A stretch of 63,949 nucleotides of DNA, filler included, from Reticulomyxa filosa (Eukaryota; Protista; Foraminifera): NCBI GenBank assembly GCA_000512085.1. It is 16 parts of 16 records of this genome, joined end to end, with 100 filler letters (N's around TTAATTAATTAA, not from the genome) between each part and the next. Parts side by side here need not be neighbours in the genome. Positions count along the whole stretch, not along the records: positions 36,336 to 42,158 come from ASPP01005145.1; positions 42,259 to 47,285 come from ASPP01002030.1; positions 47,386 to 51,103 come from ASPP01034013.1; 13 more parts are not named here. The stretch is one strand, 5' to 3'. Position numbers and translations under genes: made by a program. Below the pieces are notes generated by a model. That model saw only the letters and a program-made list of their open reading frames with translations, was not told the origin of the DNA and ran no database searches. Shown in pieces: positions 37,032 through 51,203 of the stretch (position 1 is its first letter; every line of letters starts with the position of its first letter).

Positions 37032-37266
37032 TCCATCTTTTTTTAAAATCTAGCTTCCCCCTTGAAAAAAATCCTTTATATGATCACAAAAAGGACAAGA
37101 ATACAAATTATTGTGCAAAAATGTAAAAAAAAGGATGAATTATTTTTTAATTATGAAAACTTGCACACCGTAATTTGTATTAAAAAAGCTCTAGTTTTGA
37201 AAAAAAAAACTGATCATTCAGTTTAAAAATTCCATTTAAAATTTCTTAGCTTGTTGAAGAAAAGAG

Positions 37267-37634
37267 ATGGTTAGTAGCTGACCATGTTTCTTTATCCACA
37301 TAAAAAGCACAAGGTCATAAACTTTGGAGCTAGTTCAACGCAAAAAAAATTGATCGATAAAGTGATTGCAGCAACACCCGTTGTAGTGATTACAAAGGTG
37401 CATCGTCCATACTGCGCTCGTGTGAAATATTTATTACAAACAAATACAGAAAAGACTCATATTCGAATTTTGAATTGGACAAAGACTTGTTCTCATCCGA
37501 TGTATCCGAAGTATAGGACTATTTGAAGAATTTAATAGGTCAATGAACTGTTTATTAGCAAGTCTTTCATTGAGGGGTACGATGACGCATATAGATTTAA
37601 TAACAGCAATAAGTTGGCAAGATTGATCAGTTGA
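37267..37634 (+). pseudogene. Glutaredoxin pseudogene
   Basis: IDKVIAATPVVVITKVHRPYCARVKYLL (CPYC changed to RPYC), then a frameshift and in-frame stops (EV*DYL..GQ*TV), ending FIEGYDD. Confidence 0.75.
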
Positions 37635-38448
37635 GATTTTTTTTTTTGGAAAGGTTGTCTATAAATGTGTCAAGTTTTTTGTATTAGCATGTATTTAAAA
37701 AAAAACAGAGCAAAGAAAGATTTTGATATAAAAAGCAAGACCGATAGCTGACTAACCTTGGAAACCAAAAAAACATTGATAGGATCAAGATTGTGAGATT
37801 TAATATCGTTTTATTATTTAAATTTCTTTTTGGTAATCATAGCAAAGATTTTAAGAATCATTATAAGTTGATTCTTACTTACCTTAACTGCCTCTTACTT
37901 TTTGTAATTTGTAGCTTACAAAAATTAAGAGGCTAAGTTGATGAGGTAATGTACTAACAATAATATTCGATCAAGCAATTAGTCCAATTTTGTTTTGATT
38001 TTTTCTTTTAGCTTTGGAAAAAGGATAGAGGAATATTCCAAACTCATTATTTTGAATTTGCACAAGTATATTCATAAAAACACAACTTTTTCAAAAAAAA
38101 AATTGATAAATACTTTCGATTTAAAAGCTTTTTCTAAAACTTTTTTTTATCATTTGACGTCTTTCCATTTCGGAGTGTCCTGAAAGAGAGGGGACAAACG
38201 GAAAAGAAAAGCTTGAGTGGAGAAGTTGGTTGTTTCACAGCAACATGAAGCCATCGTTAATTGTATGAAATTATATTGATGGTATTGCAAGTGTTGAACG
38301 TGTTTTACGTGTTAGCAAATGCAAATAACGCGGTCAGAGATAGCTCAAACGAAAACAGACAAAAATATTTCAATGACCAAGATTATATGCGTATATCGAT
38401 AATATCACATAATATGTTGGTCAACCACTCTCTCTCTCTCTCAGCCAA

Positions 38449-39030
38449 ATGTGGGCGTGTGTGCAATATCAATTGGATTATAACAATGTAATAATGTCAT
38501 CAATGCAAATTTTCAATAATATGTGTTTGCACAAAAGTATACGTGCTATCAGAAACATGTCAATCATAAATCAAATACAGTCCAAGGAGAATGTGCATAT
38601 CAAAATGTCTACAATGAATATTTCACCAGATACATCTGGAATATCATTGATATTACACTCAGTAACGTACAAATCAACATTGCACAGGTATATAACAGTG
38701 ATAGAAAGATCTAATGAAAAAAAAAAGTAGGTATACGTATAGCAAGAAATAGTATGATGGATTTGATTTAAAATGTATTTTTTTTAACAAAAAAAAAAAC
38801 ACAGTGTATTTACAAGTGTAATTGTAACTGTGATGACAAACACGCAACTGTTGAATGGAACGTACAAATTATTTGGACAAACAGTAGTGGATAGAGCATT
38901 TGATAAATTATTTGTGACCAATTGCTACATTACCACGTTGGCACGAACGCAAAATGTAGCTAGCAGTAATATATACAGCACCAGCAATTCTGTATTTCCA
39001 ATGTATCGTGCCATGATTAAAAAAAATTGA
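38449..39030 (+). pseudogene. Second degenerate copy of the unknown family seen at 34554-35586
   Basis: Peptide similarity (MQIFNN...NISPDTSGISL...YKSTLHR vs VQIFNK...NMSPSTSIISS...FKSTLYR) plus similar flanking DNA. Confidence 0.45.
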
Positions 39031-40309
39031 GATTCCAAATTTACACAAAGTCCAAGGCACACATCCAAGATATTCTCACCAATACTTGCCACTTCGTTAC
39101 GTACAGCAGTTCGATATTTGTCAAGTCAAAGTCCTATCAGCGAGCAATATTTTTGAAATGCTATTCGATACTTCAATGTTAGTTTCATTTTTTTTTTAAT
39201 GCTTTTTTTTAAAAAACAACAACAACAAAAAATTTGAATAGGTCTTACGATGTGGCGCAAAAAATGACATATGGACGACACGGATAAAATGAATGACAAT
39301 GACGACTTTGACAAATGGTAATTGATGGTGCAAATTTTAATGGAGGTCAGTCGTTAGCGTGGATCAGCACCTGCCTTTAAGGTGAAAGAAGCGCTGTTTG
39401 CACAAATGAGGATATAAGCAATACACAACTGACTAGCAATTAAATTGCAAGTCAGTGGTGATGTAAATTCTTTTTTGTGCGGCAGAACTACTTTCATCAA
39501 GGCATGGTCTATCCAATACGTGTCGTATGCCACACTCGCTTAGTCAACAAACCGATCTGCTCCTATTCTAATGACAACAGCAAAGATCATTTATGTGGAA
39601 TTTATTGAGCACTCTGAACAAACAGAGCGGATTTCACATCAAAAAGTAGCCAGTGTGGTATTGCCAAGTTATTTTGTTATTTTTTGTTGTGACAATAACA
39701 TAAGAATATGTTTTTGATTGTTACTTGTATAGATTGAGCAAGTATGGAATATCGATTGCGCAAATGGTTGGATGAAGTGTAGTGTAGAAACCACCCCGTC
39801 TCCGAAAGGAGAAATAATGGTTTGTTCTATCTATTTTTTAAAAAATATGTTTAAGTATTATTTGTTGTATAACATAGGTTTCTCATCCTGTAAATGTTAC
39901 AAATATATTCCACTCCTTCATGCAAAAAAAAAAAGAATAAGGGGTCGCAATCTATCCCCGTATCTTCAATGAAGAATAACGGTTTGTGATATTTATATTC
40001 ATTTATATACATTGATATTCTTTCATTATATTGTGTTGTGTGTTTGTAGTTCAATAGATTCCCCCTGCAAAGAATAAACATATATACATATATCTGTTTG
40101 TTTGTCCACATAACTAAAAAAAAATATTGTGAGTATCTTTACAGGGAAAAAGCCAATAGAAATAAAGATATTGTCCAAGTAATAGTTATAAATATATTTT
40201 TAGTCTTTCTTTAAATTATAAAATATAACTTTGCTTGTATATATAGATCAGGTGCAACTAAGACATTGTTGAGTGTATGTAATATCTTGGAAAAAATTTG
40301 GAAAATGGG

Positions 40310-40615
40310 GAGGAGAAAATTGAGAATAATAGATAGGGGGGGGGGGGGGAAAAAAAGAAAATGGAGCAATAAAAGAAAAAAAAGAAAATGGAGTAATAAA
40401 AGAAAAAAAAGATAGAAGGAAAAAAATGTAGTAATAAAAAAAAGGAAGAATAATAATAAAAAAGAAAAAAAGAAAAGGAAAAAGAAAAAAAAAGGAAAAT
40501 AAATAGAAAGTATTAAGAAAAAAACAACACTTTTATAAGGAAAAAATAATTAAAAAGAAAGTAATAATAAAAGAAAAAAGAAAAAAAAAGAATAAGAAAG
40601 TAAAGAAATATTAAA
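40310..40615. repeat. Low-complexity poly-purine (A/G) tract with a short internal duplication
   Basis: AAAAGAAAATGGAG[CT]AATAAAAGAAAAAAA occurs twice, plus a G13 run. Confidence 0.7.
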
Positions 40616-42258
40616 TTTAAATGTTTAATTTATTTGTATTGAAAAATTAGTTGTCCTACCAGAATGACAACATTGGTTAAGTAAATTTCTTTTTGTTAGT
40701 AAAGGACTTGAATACAACAATATACTATCACTTCGAGACTAATTTTTTATTTATGTAGATAGATGTGGAAAAGATATTGACACGTGGCACTGGCAAGAAG
40801 TGAGCAATGCAGCAACAATGCTTTTATTATATTTATTCAAACTGGCCGCTGTTTATTGCCTCCCACTTAATTGCAGACGTCGATACATGGAATATATTAG
40901 TATATGCTTATAATTGTTTAAATGTGGCTTCTATGGACGTGTAATTCTATCGGAACAAATTTCAAAAGGCGACAATGTGCTTTTGGCAACCTCTCGAACG
41001 ATGCTCTAAATAAAAGATTTTCCTGGAACAAGCATCGGCTAAAAAAAAATCAACGAATTGCCTGTGAAAAAAGTTGCACTATTTACGCCATTGATCCAAG
41101 AATTCATTTGAATATTCGTTTACCGAATAAAGATGCAAATCGCGATTCCAAACCATTGCCAATGCAAATTACAGATATACTATATTTTCAACATCGTTGA
41201 GAGCATATGGAATCATTTTCTATTTGACTATCGATTGCACCTCATTTATCCAAGGAGTTGAGTTTTATCTGATCCTTGAAAATTTGAACAAGTATGGCAA
41301 CGTTTGAATGCTTTTGAAATAGTATAAACAAAGTCCCGCACGCTCAAATCTAGCCATTAAAAGGAGAAAAATATTAATCAATCGAAGTGAATTTGGGTTA
41401 AGTATTTACTGGATTGAACACATTCGCTTTTCTTCGATAATCTCCAATTGATGCGTTATTCCTGTGGATAAATATTAAAACAACAACAATGTTTTGCAAG
41501 TGAAAATGTGGATATGATCAATAATGTATCATCAAACATAGCAAAACAATATTGATACAATCTCGACTCGACATTTTCTTGGCATACTACAATCAAGATT
41601 GCTATGTAAATGTACAATTGATCAGAGATGTGATAAATATTAATAGAGAAACAAAGAATAAATGGAATATTCAGCGTCAATCAAAAGCGAAGGAAGGCAG
41701 CTTTATTTGAAGGTAAATGTTAATTTTGTCATATTTTCAGCTTTTGTGACATATTTTAACCAAAACAAATGAAATGAACTATTCCACTGTAGAATGATTT
41801 ACCTTAGGTTTGGAATGAAAGAAAGAGAAAGAAGAACAAGGAGAAGAGTAAATTAAGGGAATGGAAAAAGAAAATGTGAATGAAGGAGAGTCGACGCAAT
41901 AATTTCCTAAAAGCGTTGGTATTCGTTTTATCAAAACTATGAGTGGTTATGAACGATGTTTATAAAACGAAATAAGTGATAATGAATTATTATGTGCGTA
42001 TAATCACACAGCACTTAGCTTAGCAGTTGTACCGAATTTGGTCAAATATCCATCGCCGCCTTTTACATATATTTGTGTTTGTTTTGCATATGATCCTCCG
42101 ATATTGACGCACCAAAGATATATGAAAACATTTCCAAAATGCAATTGTTATGATTTTTNNNNNNNNNNNNNNNNNNNNNNNNNNNNNNNNNNNNNNNNNN
42201 NNTTAATTAATTAANNNNNNNNNNNNNNNNNNNNNNNNNNNNNNNNNNNNNNNNNNNN

Positions 42259-43265
42259 TAAGTGTGATAACGTTTGGAGCGCCAATGGTGATAGCGATCG
42301 AGCACGCATGGACGAGTTTGAGTGAGCAGGCAAAGAGGTATTTGCGGCAATTGAGACAGGCCTGCCATCACATGGTGAACAAGTTCGACCCGATTCCGAG
42401 AGTGCCGTTTTGCAAGTCGTGGCTAAAAGGCGTGGTACCGTACATGTTGAAGCAGGTGGTATCGGACCAAGTGCGACAGACGTTTTCACTGCCAAAGTTT
42501 GTGAACACGGTGGTGAAGACGAGTCTGCGAAGTGGATTGGGTAAGTTTATCGACTACGTGGAGATCCACAATGAGTTATTGCATTGTTACAATCCGATTG
42601 GCACATATTACATTTACAACTCCACGGACAACACGGAGAAGCCGTTATTGACGAGTGACTACAATGTGATATTCGAGCTGTTATCATTTCATCCACCGAT
42701 CAAATTGATTCACAAGACCAATGGCGAAGCTATTCGAATTCAGCTCAAACAAATGGATTGGCGATGTGACGAGTGTCTAGTGCCTCCGCCTTCCAATAGT
42801 GCTGTGACGTCCATGCGTCGTCGCTCTTCTTTGCACTCGGCCAAAGTGGATCAGATGAATGACAAGGAGCGTGGCAAGCATTTGAAAATGGAGGAGATGC
42901 GCATCAAGATGCTCCAACGCCTATATGAGGTGGAGGAGGACCAGGACTGGTGTGATCGCTACATTTGTGTACTGGACGAAGATGTAGATATTTGTGGATA
43001 TACCAAACTAAAACTGTCTCCAAAAGGCTGGATTGACTTGTTGAACAATCATATGATTGATCAATACTTGCAACTATTTGAGGCTCAAAATGGCATTCTT
43101 ACTTCTGCACTCGATTTATATCCTCCACATCTTCGCTCCAAACTTTTGGCACTTCGGAGGAGCTCCACTTCTGATACCACCACTTTCCACTTTTCTTCCC
43201 CTTTACCTACTTCTCACTCACCTGTTCGTCAGCGGTCTAGTCAAGACCATCTTACTTTACGATAA
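42259..43265 (+). CDS. Class-3 lipase (alpha/beta hydrolase), C-terminal part; 5'-truncated
   Basis: ITFGAP, HMVNKFDPIPRVP (catalytic Asp region) and NHMIDQY (catalytic His region). The GxSxG motif would lie beyond the contig start. Confidence 0.75.
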
Positions 43266-44099
43266 TCTATCATCTCTTTTTTTTTCCCCCCCCTTTTTTT
43301 TTTTGGCAACTTCATCAAACATATTCATTCAACAGTTAGAGTTCTTTTTTTTTTTTTTTTAATTGTCTTATCCATCATACTACTTCTTGCAAGCTCTTTC
43401 TTTTTTTTTAATACGCTTTTTGTATTGCTTTAGTTTCTTACTCACTAATAAACTATTCACTGTTTCTATTTTATTTTTATTTTTTGACAAACTTTTCATT
43501 GCTACGCTTCAAAATATTAAAAATAGTCACTTTTTTTCTCAATCGTTTACACTCTTTACAACCCAAGGACATATAACAAAATCAATCACTGCCATACTGT
43601 TTCTACCTTTCTTTTTTTTGTCATTCTTTTATTTCATTCACACTACAACATTCCAAACTGGAGTTCAAATCTAATCCGTACCCAAAGTGATATAACTGGA
43701 TCTTCCAAGCCAACCAAAAAGTTAACACATACATTTGAGACGAAATGGTCTCTTTGTACTCATTTCCATTCAAACTAGGTACACTTGTTTGGAGAAAAGT
43801 AGTTCAAGCCCTTTTTTTTTTTTTTTTAAACATTTGCAAGATCATTATAATGCCAAGTTGGCAACCGAGGAATAACCAAGGTTTTAATGAATGCAAACGT
43901 GATAATCAAAGAAAGAGGGGCCTGGGCTAGGTTATAGTAAGAGTAGACGTAGTGTCCCGTTTTACAGAGAAAAGGATAAACAACAAAGACTGGTAAACTA
44001 GACAAACTAACAAAAAGGAAGAACCAAATACCCTTTATTTTATTTTATTAAAAAACATAAAAGAAACAGCAAAACGACAAACAGAAGAAAGGTTATATT

Positions 44100-44800
44100 T
44101 TCAATAAATGTCACATTTTGGATAGTACTGTTGAATTGTCACCGGATGGAAGCACTGTGGTATCGTGTGCAGCAGATAATATAATTCGATTATGGAATGT
44201 AAAATCAGGACGAGAAATGACGAAATTGAAAGGCAATTTTGGTAATGTATGGGTATGTCAATTTTTCTCCAGATGGCAAATACATTGTGTTTGGATCGAA
44301 TGATGGAACAATACGATTGTGGGATCTAGCTTTTGGGAAAGAAACTAAATCAGTGAGTCATTTTGAGTCTGTCAATCATATATAATTTTCATCAAATGGT
44401 CGAAGACTCTATTTTTTCTATGGGTAACACTATTCGTTTATGGAATGTAAAAATCAGATAACAGAGTATCCATATTCCTTGCGATAGTCAAAATTTTCTC
44501 ATGATTGTAAATTTATTGTGACTTATTCACACCACGAGTCAATTGGTATATGGCATATGGGATCAGAAAAAGAGTTAAAGGAAATGCCAAGTACTCAAAA
44601 TTTTATGCAAGATTTAAACTATTATTGCACGGCCAGATGATTAAATCATTTTGATTATGGTATGTGAATTCAGGATGTGAGCTACAAATATTAGAAGGAT
44701 ATTTTGATTGGTTGAATGTAGTTGCCATTTCACCAAATGGCAATGTAATTATAACATTTTTGTTATGATCAAAACAATAATATGGATATACGAAAGTATG
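44100..44800 (+). pseudogene. WD40-repeat pseudogene
   Basis: SPDGSTVVSCAADNIIRLWNV and FSPDGKYIVFGSNDGTIRLWD in shifting frames with stops. Confidence 0.8.
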
Positions 44801-44929
44801 CACATAAGATTTACTTTAATTGATATCATTGTATTAACTTTTCTGAACAAAGAATTAACTTGCTTTTTTAAAATAAATCTCTTTTCTTTGGTAACAGCAA
44901 TTGCAATTTAACAAACAAATTAAACGCGT

Positions 44930-47285
44930 TTACAACTTTTTCAATCTCGATTTGATATTTTGTACTCTTTTATCACTATCCCATTTTTGAGTATAAATTG
45001 ACAATGCATTTTCATAACACCTCTTTGCCTCCTTTTTATCTCCTTTTTTATAATGGATAGCTCCTAGAATATCATAGGAAATACCAATATATGGATGATT
45101 AAAATCCATTTTTTTCAATGCCTTTTTTGCAAATTTCATCGCTTTATCATATTCTTGCTTGTTATAATAAACAGACGCCAAATTGTTGTAAGTGGCGACA
45201 ACATCAGGATGATTCGGACTCAATTTATTCAAACTAATTTTCAAATCTTTTTCATAATATTCAATTGCTTTGTTGTATTCTCCTTTGCTTTTATAAACAA
45301 GCCCCAAATTGTTATATGAGTTGGCGACATGAATGTGATCAGGTCCTAATTTATTTAATTGGATTTTCAATGCTTTTTTATAATATTCAATTGCTTTATC
45401 ATATTCTCCTTTATTTTTATAAATGCTTCCCAAATTGTTGTACGAAACAGCAACATCAGGATGATCAGAGCCTCGTTTGTTCAAACCAATTATTAAATCT
45501 TTTCTATAATATCCAATTGCCTTGTCGTAATCTTCCTTATTTTCAAAGATATTTCCCAAATTATTGTATGACGTGGCAATATCGGGATGATCAGGCTCTA
45601 ATTTTTTCAAGCGAATTTCCAATGATTTTGTGTGATATTCGATGGCATTCTGATGACTACCTTTACTTTCATAAGCACTCCCCAAATTGCTGTACGAAGT
45701 AGCGACATCAGGATGATCAGGTCCCAATTTTTGCCATCGAATTTCCAATGATTTTTTATGATATTCAATTGCTTTGTTATATTCTCCTTTATTTTTATAA
45801 GCATTTCCTAAATTGTTGTATAAAGTAGCGACAGAAATATGGTCCGGTCCTAATTTACTTAATCTAATTTTCAACGATTTTTTGTAGCAATCAGTTGCTT
45901 CGTTGTAATCTCCTTTACTGTTATAGATTATACCTAGCCAACCATAAGACGTTGCAATATCAGCATGAGAATCATATAATTCAGTATAAACATCACCTGA
46001 CGTTTGCAACATCACACAAATCACAAAACGAAATAACTGAATTGCCTCATTGAAATTTGATTTATTGAATGACTCTATTCCTAGTTTCATTAAGTGCTTT
46101 GCGTCAATAGGCCAAGAACAAGTGAAAACAGGAGCGTTGAAATGACAACGAATAAGAGATCTATCAGTATGAATAAGTTGTTGAGTAATGTGGCAATTAA
46201 CAATTCCATCAATAATGCAATCAACGGCATAAACACATCCATCAATTGTAACATTATCAAATATAATATTTTTGGAATGGAATGCACAAATAGAATATCG
46301 TCCACTTATCAATCTTGTTTTCATATGTCTGTTGGAATTGATCATCATTGTAAATGGGACGTTTTGCCAAAATTTTTTATCATTGTGTTCTGCTAATTGA
46401 TCAATATTAGTTGAAACAACAACAATTCCTCTCCGTCTTTCATGTATCAATCTATTCACAACCTCATGAGCTATTTTATTTGCCTCATTCCATTCCTCAT
46501 TTTCATTCATTGTATGCTGCTGCAGTTTACTTTTTTTATAAAAGAATATCTGTCGATCAAGAGTTGTGAGATAATGAATAGTCTGTCCATTGCTTACATA
46601 TTCGCTAATCAATTTCGAAACTACTCTCAAATTATCTTTGAATGATTTGCATAGCGAAATATTTTGTTCCATGACATTACAAAAAGATTGTGTGAAATAA
46701 CTCCCCTGTTCAGACGCCATTGCGTCATGAATTCGTCTGCTTTGTGTGGTTGAAACGATCAATGTTTTCGGGTTTTTTTGGTACCATTTTTGAGTTTGAA
46801 TATTTCCTCTTTTGATTGACTCTGGCAATTCATCACACATCCATGCATTTTTAATAAATATTTTTGGCTTATTTAAAAATGTCTCATTTTGGCTCAATAA
46901 CTTTTGAATTGTTTTGAAACTCTTATGGTTATCATCTGAAGTAATCAAAACATCACCATGGACTATGCTCCCATAACCACACCATACAAATATCAATGAA
47001 TCGTAATCATTGCCATTGCTATCTCTTTCGATTGTATTACAATGCTTCGTTAAAAAAAGATCAAATTCACTTACTGTTAGCGATTCCGTCTCAGGTTTAT
47101 TTGGATCATAAGTACAATATACATCATATCCATATATCTTTTCAAATACATTTCGAAACATAAGTAAATCTATTTTTACGTTTTCATATTTCGCGGCTCC
47201 TATTAGCAACACCAATGGATTTGCTAACTTGTGATATTCATCTTCTTTTTCCTTTTCCTCTTCTTCTTCTTCTTCTTCTTCTTCT
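44930..47285 (-). CDS. Catalytically inactive caspase-like domain + ~9 TPR repeats; 5'-truncated paralogue of 17424-19706
   Basis: NPLVLLIGAAKY, YDSLIFVWCGYG, KPKIFIKNAWM, GSYFTQSF, then 42-aa repeats HPDVATSYNNLG..Y..KGEYDKAIEYY.K.L.I. Confidence 0.85.
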
Positions 47286-47385
47286 NNNNNNNNNNNNNNN
47301 NNNNNNNNNNNNNNNNNNNNNNNNNNNNNTTAATTAATTAANNNNNNNNNNNNNNNNNNNNNNNNNNNNNNNNNNNNNNNNNNNN

Positions 47386-50300
47386 TCTTGGTCGAGAGTA
47401 TCAAAATTAGTAATGATATTCCTTTGATATTTGTCAAATGTATTTTCCAAGCTATCGCAAGCATGGCTAAAGTATCGATCCAAATCTATTTTCCCTTTCA
47501 ACGTATTGATAAAGCGAGCTAATTCAAGAAAGCTCTTGAGTGCCCCTTCTGTATCCTCTTCTGTCCATTGCTTGTCCATTCGTGAAACAATGTCTTGCAT
47601 TATTTTATCGACGCCAACTTCAATATTTCTCTTTTGATTGGAAGTGCTACGATTCAGTAATTCGTTGATATCTTGCACATTTCTTTTCTGAATCACCTGT
47701 TCTACTTCTTTCAACATATTTTCGATTTCACACTTTACGTCATTATGGCATTGTTTGATTTCTTCCCCTAGTGTATCTTGCATGTGTTTGGGTAACGAAT
47801 TTAACACTGATTCACAAACTCGGATACGTGTCTCTAATTTTTGCAAATCGAATTCTTTCACTTGTTCGCGAATCTCCAGCAATTGCTCTCGGACTTTTTG
47901 GATAATGTTCTCTTCAATTGCATCCCATGGCCCTTCGTAATTCGTGGAGGCAGTTTGCATCACTTTTTCCAATTTGGCATACAGATCCTTGGGTGGATCG
48001 GAAACATATGGATTAAAATTTGAAGTTTTTAAATCAATGTCTTTGTATTTTTTGACAACTGTTTCCAATACATTTTGCAGATCTTTTTCCAATTGATCCA
48101 CACTATTAGAAATGTTGTCGGTTTTTTCCTTCTTTTCTTCTTTGCTGTCATCAAAAGAAATTTGTCCGAAATATCTTACTAAAATGCAATTGAATCTTCG
48201 AACTAGCTCGATCTTCTCCTCCGCTTCCAAAAATTTGTAGGATTTGATGACGGCTTTCGCAGTCGCCACCACTTTGAGCATCCATTTTTCGATTAATGAT
48301 TTCGTTTCAGACTCTATCTTTTCGATTTCTTTTTTAGTATTATTGTCTACGTATTCAAATAAAGCATTTTTGGCATCTTCGACAGCTTGAAACTGTGCCT
48401 CCAACTTGCATATTTCATCTAAATCCACTTCATTGTCTCCCAGCTTCATCACCTTCATCATTGTGTTTTTGGCTAATCCTATCAACGAACGAGACAGAGA
48501 GCTTTTGAGCTCGTCAAGCACTTTTTCCACTTGCTCATCTCTCTCTTTGCTTTGATTGATTTTGGACATTTCCGCAGCAACATCAGCATAGCAATGCTCA
48601 TCCATGGCTTTTAACACTTTGCCAGTGTCGATGACATTATTAAATAGAGCTTCTTGATGCTTCAAAAATAAATCATGAAATTTACAACTGGGCTTGGCGT
48701 ACTCATCCAAGGCACTTAATGTCTTGATTACAAATAGTTTGGCTTTCAATTCTGGCAAATTACTTTGTTTTTCCAATTTCATCATTTCATCAAACAGATT
48801 CAGCCAAGTCTTTTCAAGTTTGATGTAAAATTGTCTCAACATATCTGATGGAAAAAATGCAAATATCACAGGATGATTCTTTTCTAATTTATTTATCTCA
48901 TACAGTCGACTCACAATCATCTCTACTTTTTCCATAAACTCATTCGTGTCTGTATTGAGTGTTGACGAGATTTTCGTATAGTCCAACCATCGAAGTTGAT
49001 TTTGAACAAATTTACCATAACACTGCAAATAGTGTTCCATCAAATCCAATGTCGCAACCAGATCTTGTCTCAATGTACTTTGCTTTTTCTCTCCGCTTTG
49101 ATTTCTCTCATTTTGATCGTTGACTGTCACAATGTCTGTAAAAGAAAAGGTAGTCTCTTTGCATTTTTTCAAATAATGTAATACTTTTTCAGTTCTTGAG
49201 GCATTGAGTATATCGAATATGTAGCCCCCGCCTTTGATGCTATCGATTCCGCGCTCATATTTTCCAATCTTTTCGATAAGTTCATTTTCGTTATTGGCCA
49301 ATCTTGAGATTTCCAAGTCCAAGAAACCTCGACTTTTTAAAAATTTGAAGGCAGTATTCAATATCACTTTTTCTTTTTGTTGCAATTGATGGAACTCTTT
49401 TTGAATTTGTTGATATTCTTTCAAATTTTTATCTAATTCTTCAGTGTGTGTCTGAGTTTTTTCCAATTCTTTTTTTTTTTTTTTTAGTGTTTTAGATTCA
49501 GCTTTTACCTTCTTTTCTTGTTCTTCAACTTGTCCAATTGATTGATAACCTTGTTTTTTCAAAAAGTCAATGGCTTTCTGCGGAATAGTTTTGTCCTTCC
49601 AATTCTTTTTTATGGCCAATTGTTGATAATTTTCCTTAATGTCCATCAATTTCGAAATTTCTTCATTTACTCTCTGAATTTGTTTATCAAAATTGCTTTT
49701 ATTTTTTCCCAAGTCTGTAATATTCATTTTTATTTCGTCTTCAATGGATTGGATTCGGGACTCTAATTCTCGTGCATTCTTCAATTCTTTTTGTTGTAAA
49801 TATGCATTGGCATGATTGAGGCTTTCGACATACACTTTTAATTTCTCCAATTGTTCTTTAATCTCTTTTTGATAATGCACACTTCTTCTTTCTAATGAAA
49901 ATTCATGCTTGATTGTGGATACTGTCGCTCGAATTGCATGTTCAATTTTCATTCCGACTTCTTTGTGATAATTGGCAATTTCTGGAATGATTGATCCTAA
50001 ACTACTTAATTTCTCCAAATGTTCAACTATCTTACGACCTTGCTCCAAATGATTTGGATGATCGATATCCAACTCCAAACATCTACTTGATTGTTTCAAT
50101 TCATTTAAATGCAAAATCAATTTTTTTTTTACTTCATCCATCAAATTATCGCCTCTTCCTTCTTGACGCTCCTCAATCCATTTGGATCGATGCACACAAC
50201 CTATACACTCAAAGAGTCGATTGTAATCAAACGATGGATCTTGTTTCATCAACAAAGGGAGCATCAATTCGATATCCTTATGAACGTCACGCACATATCC

Positions 50301-51103
50301 AAATATTCTTTCAATAATTTGGAAATAACTTCGTTGAGTCCTTTGTTCCACTGGTTTTATTTTGCGAAGATTGTCCATGACGGACACAAAACCTTTGATT
50401 TCATCAAAGGCTTGATACCTCTGTTTTTCAAAAAGAGAGCCAATCTTTTGACTAACTCTTTCAAAATACACAACGACTTTATCGAAAAAAGACTGAAATA
50501 TTTCTTTGGTAGATTTGTCGAGATTAACATGTTGGCAAGGCGGTTCAAACACATTTTTTGCCCTTTCTAATATATCTGCATTCATTTCCAACTGTTCAAT
50601 GTCAGATTTACCAAGTTTTTCAATTCGAGCAAAAGAAAAGGTGTCATCTTTTTCCTCTTTGTGGAAATTATGCTCATCCTTTATTGCTTTTTTGATCACA
50701 TTAAGTCCCTCAATCATCGACTTACGTAAATGCATTAATAAGCTGGATTCTAATTTTGTAATTTCTTGTTTGATATCAAACAAAGAAATCAAATGAGTTT
50801 GAAGAGACAATGCCTTTACAAGTGACTCCAAATTTTTTCTCATCTCTTCAAAGTTATGCTTGTCAAGGCATCCTTTTGCATTGTCTACATAATTGGTCAA
50901 ATGTTCTGCTAATGTTTGACAAGCTTTTTTGTAAGCAGATGCAAATTTGGGAAAGACATTTCCAACTTGCACCAATTTATCCAATTGTATTTGCAATTCG
51001 AGTTCATTTCCCATATGTTTTTCCATTTCCTCGATCAAATGATGAGTTTGATGATCTAAATTTTGAATCAATGCATCAGCACAAATGGCCTCTGACAAAT
51101 GTT
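47386..51103 (-). CDS. Large intronless alpha-helical/coiled-coil protein fragment, function unknown
   Basis: Uninterrupted ORF of more than 1230 codons filling the whole contig; E/K/L-rich with a central coiled coil. Confidence 0.75.
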
Positions 51104-51203
51104 NNNNNNNNNNNNNNNNNNNNNNNNNNNNNNNNNNNNNNNNNNNNTTAATTAATTAANNNNNNNNNNNNNNNNNNNNNNNNNNNNNNNNNNNNNNNNN
51201 NNN

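Noticed and set aside
39700-42158. Possible decayed coding sequence (also 52872-54334 and 61850-62650)
   Set aside because: Coding-like composition, but stops in all frames and no motif I can name with support.
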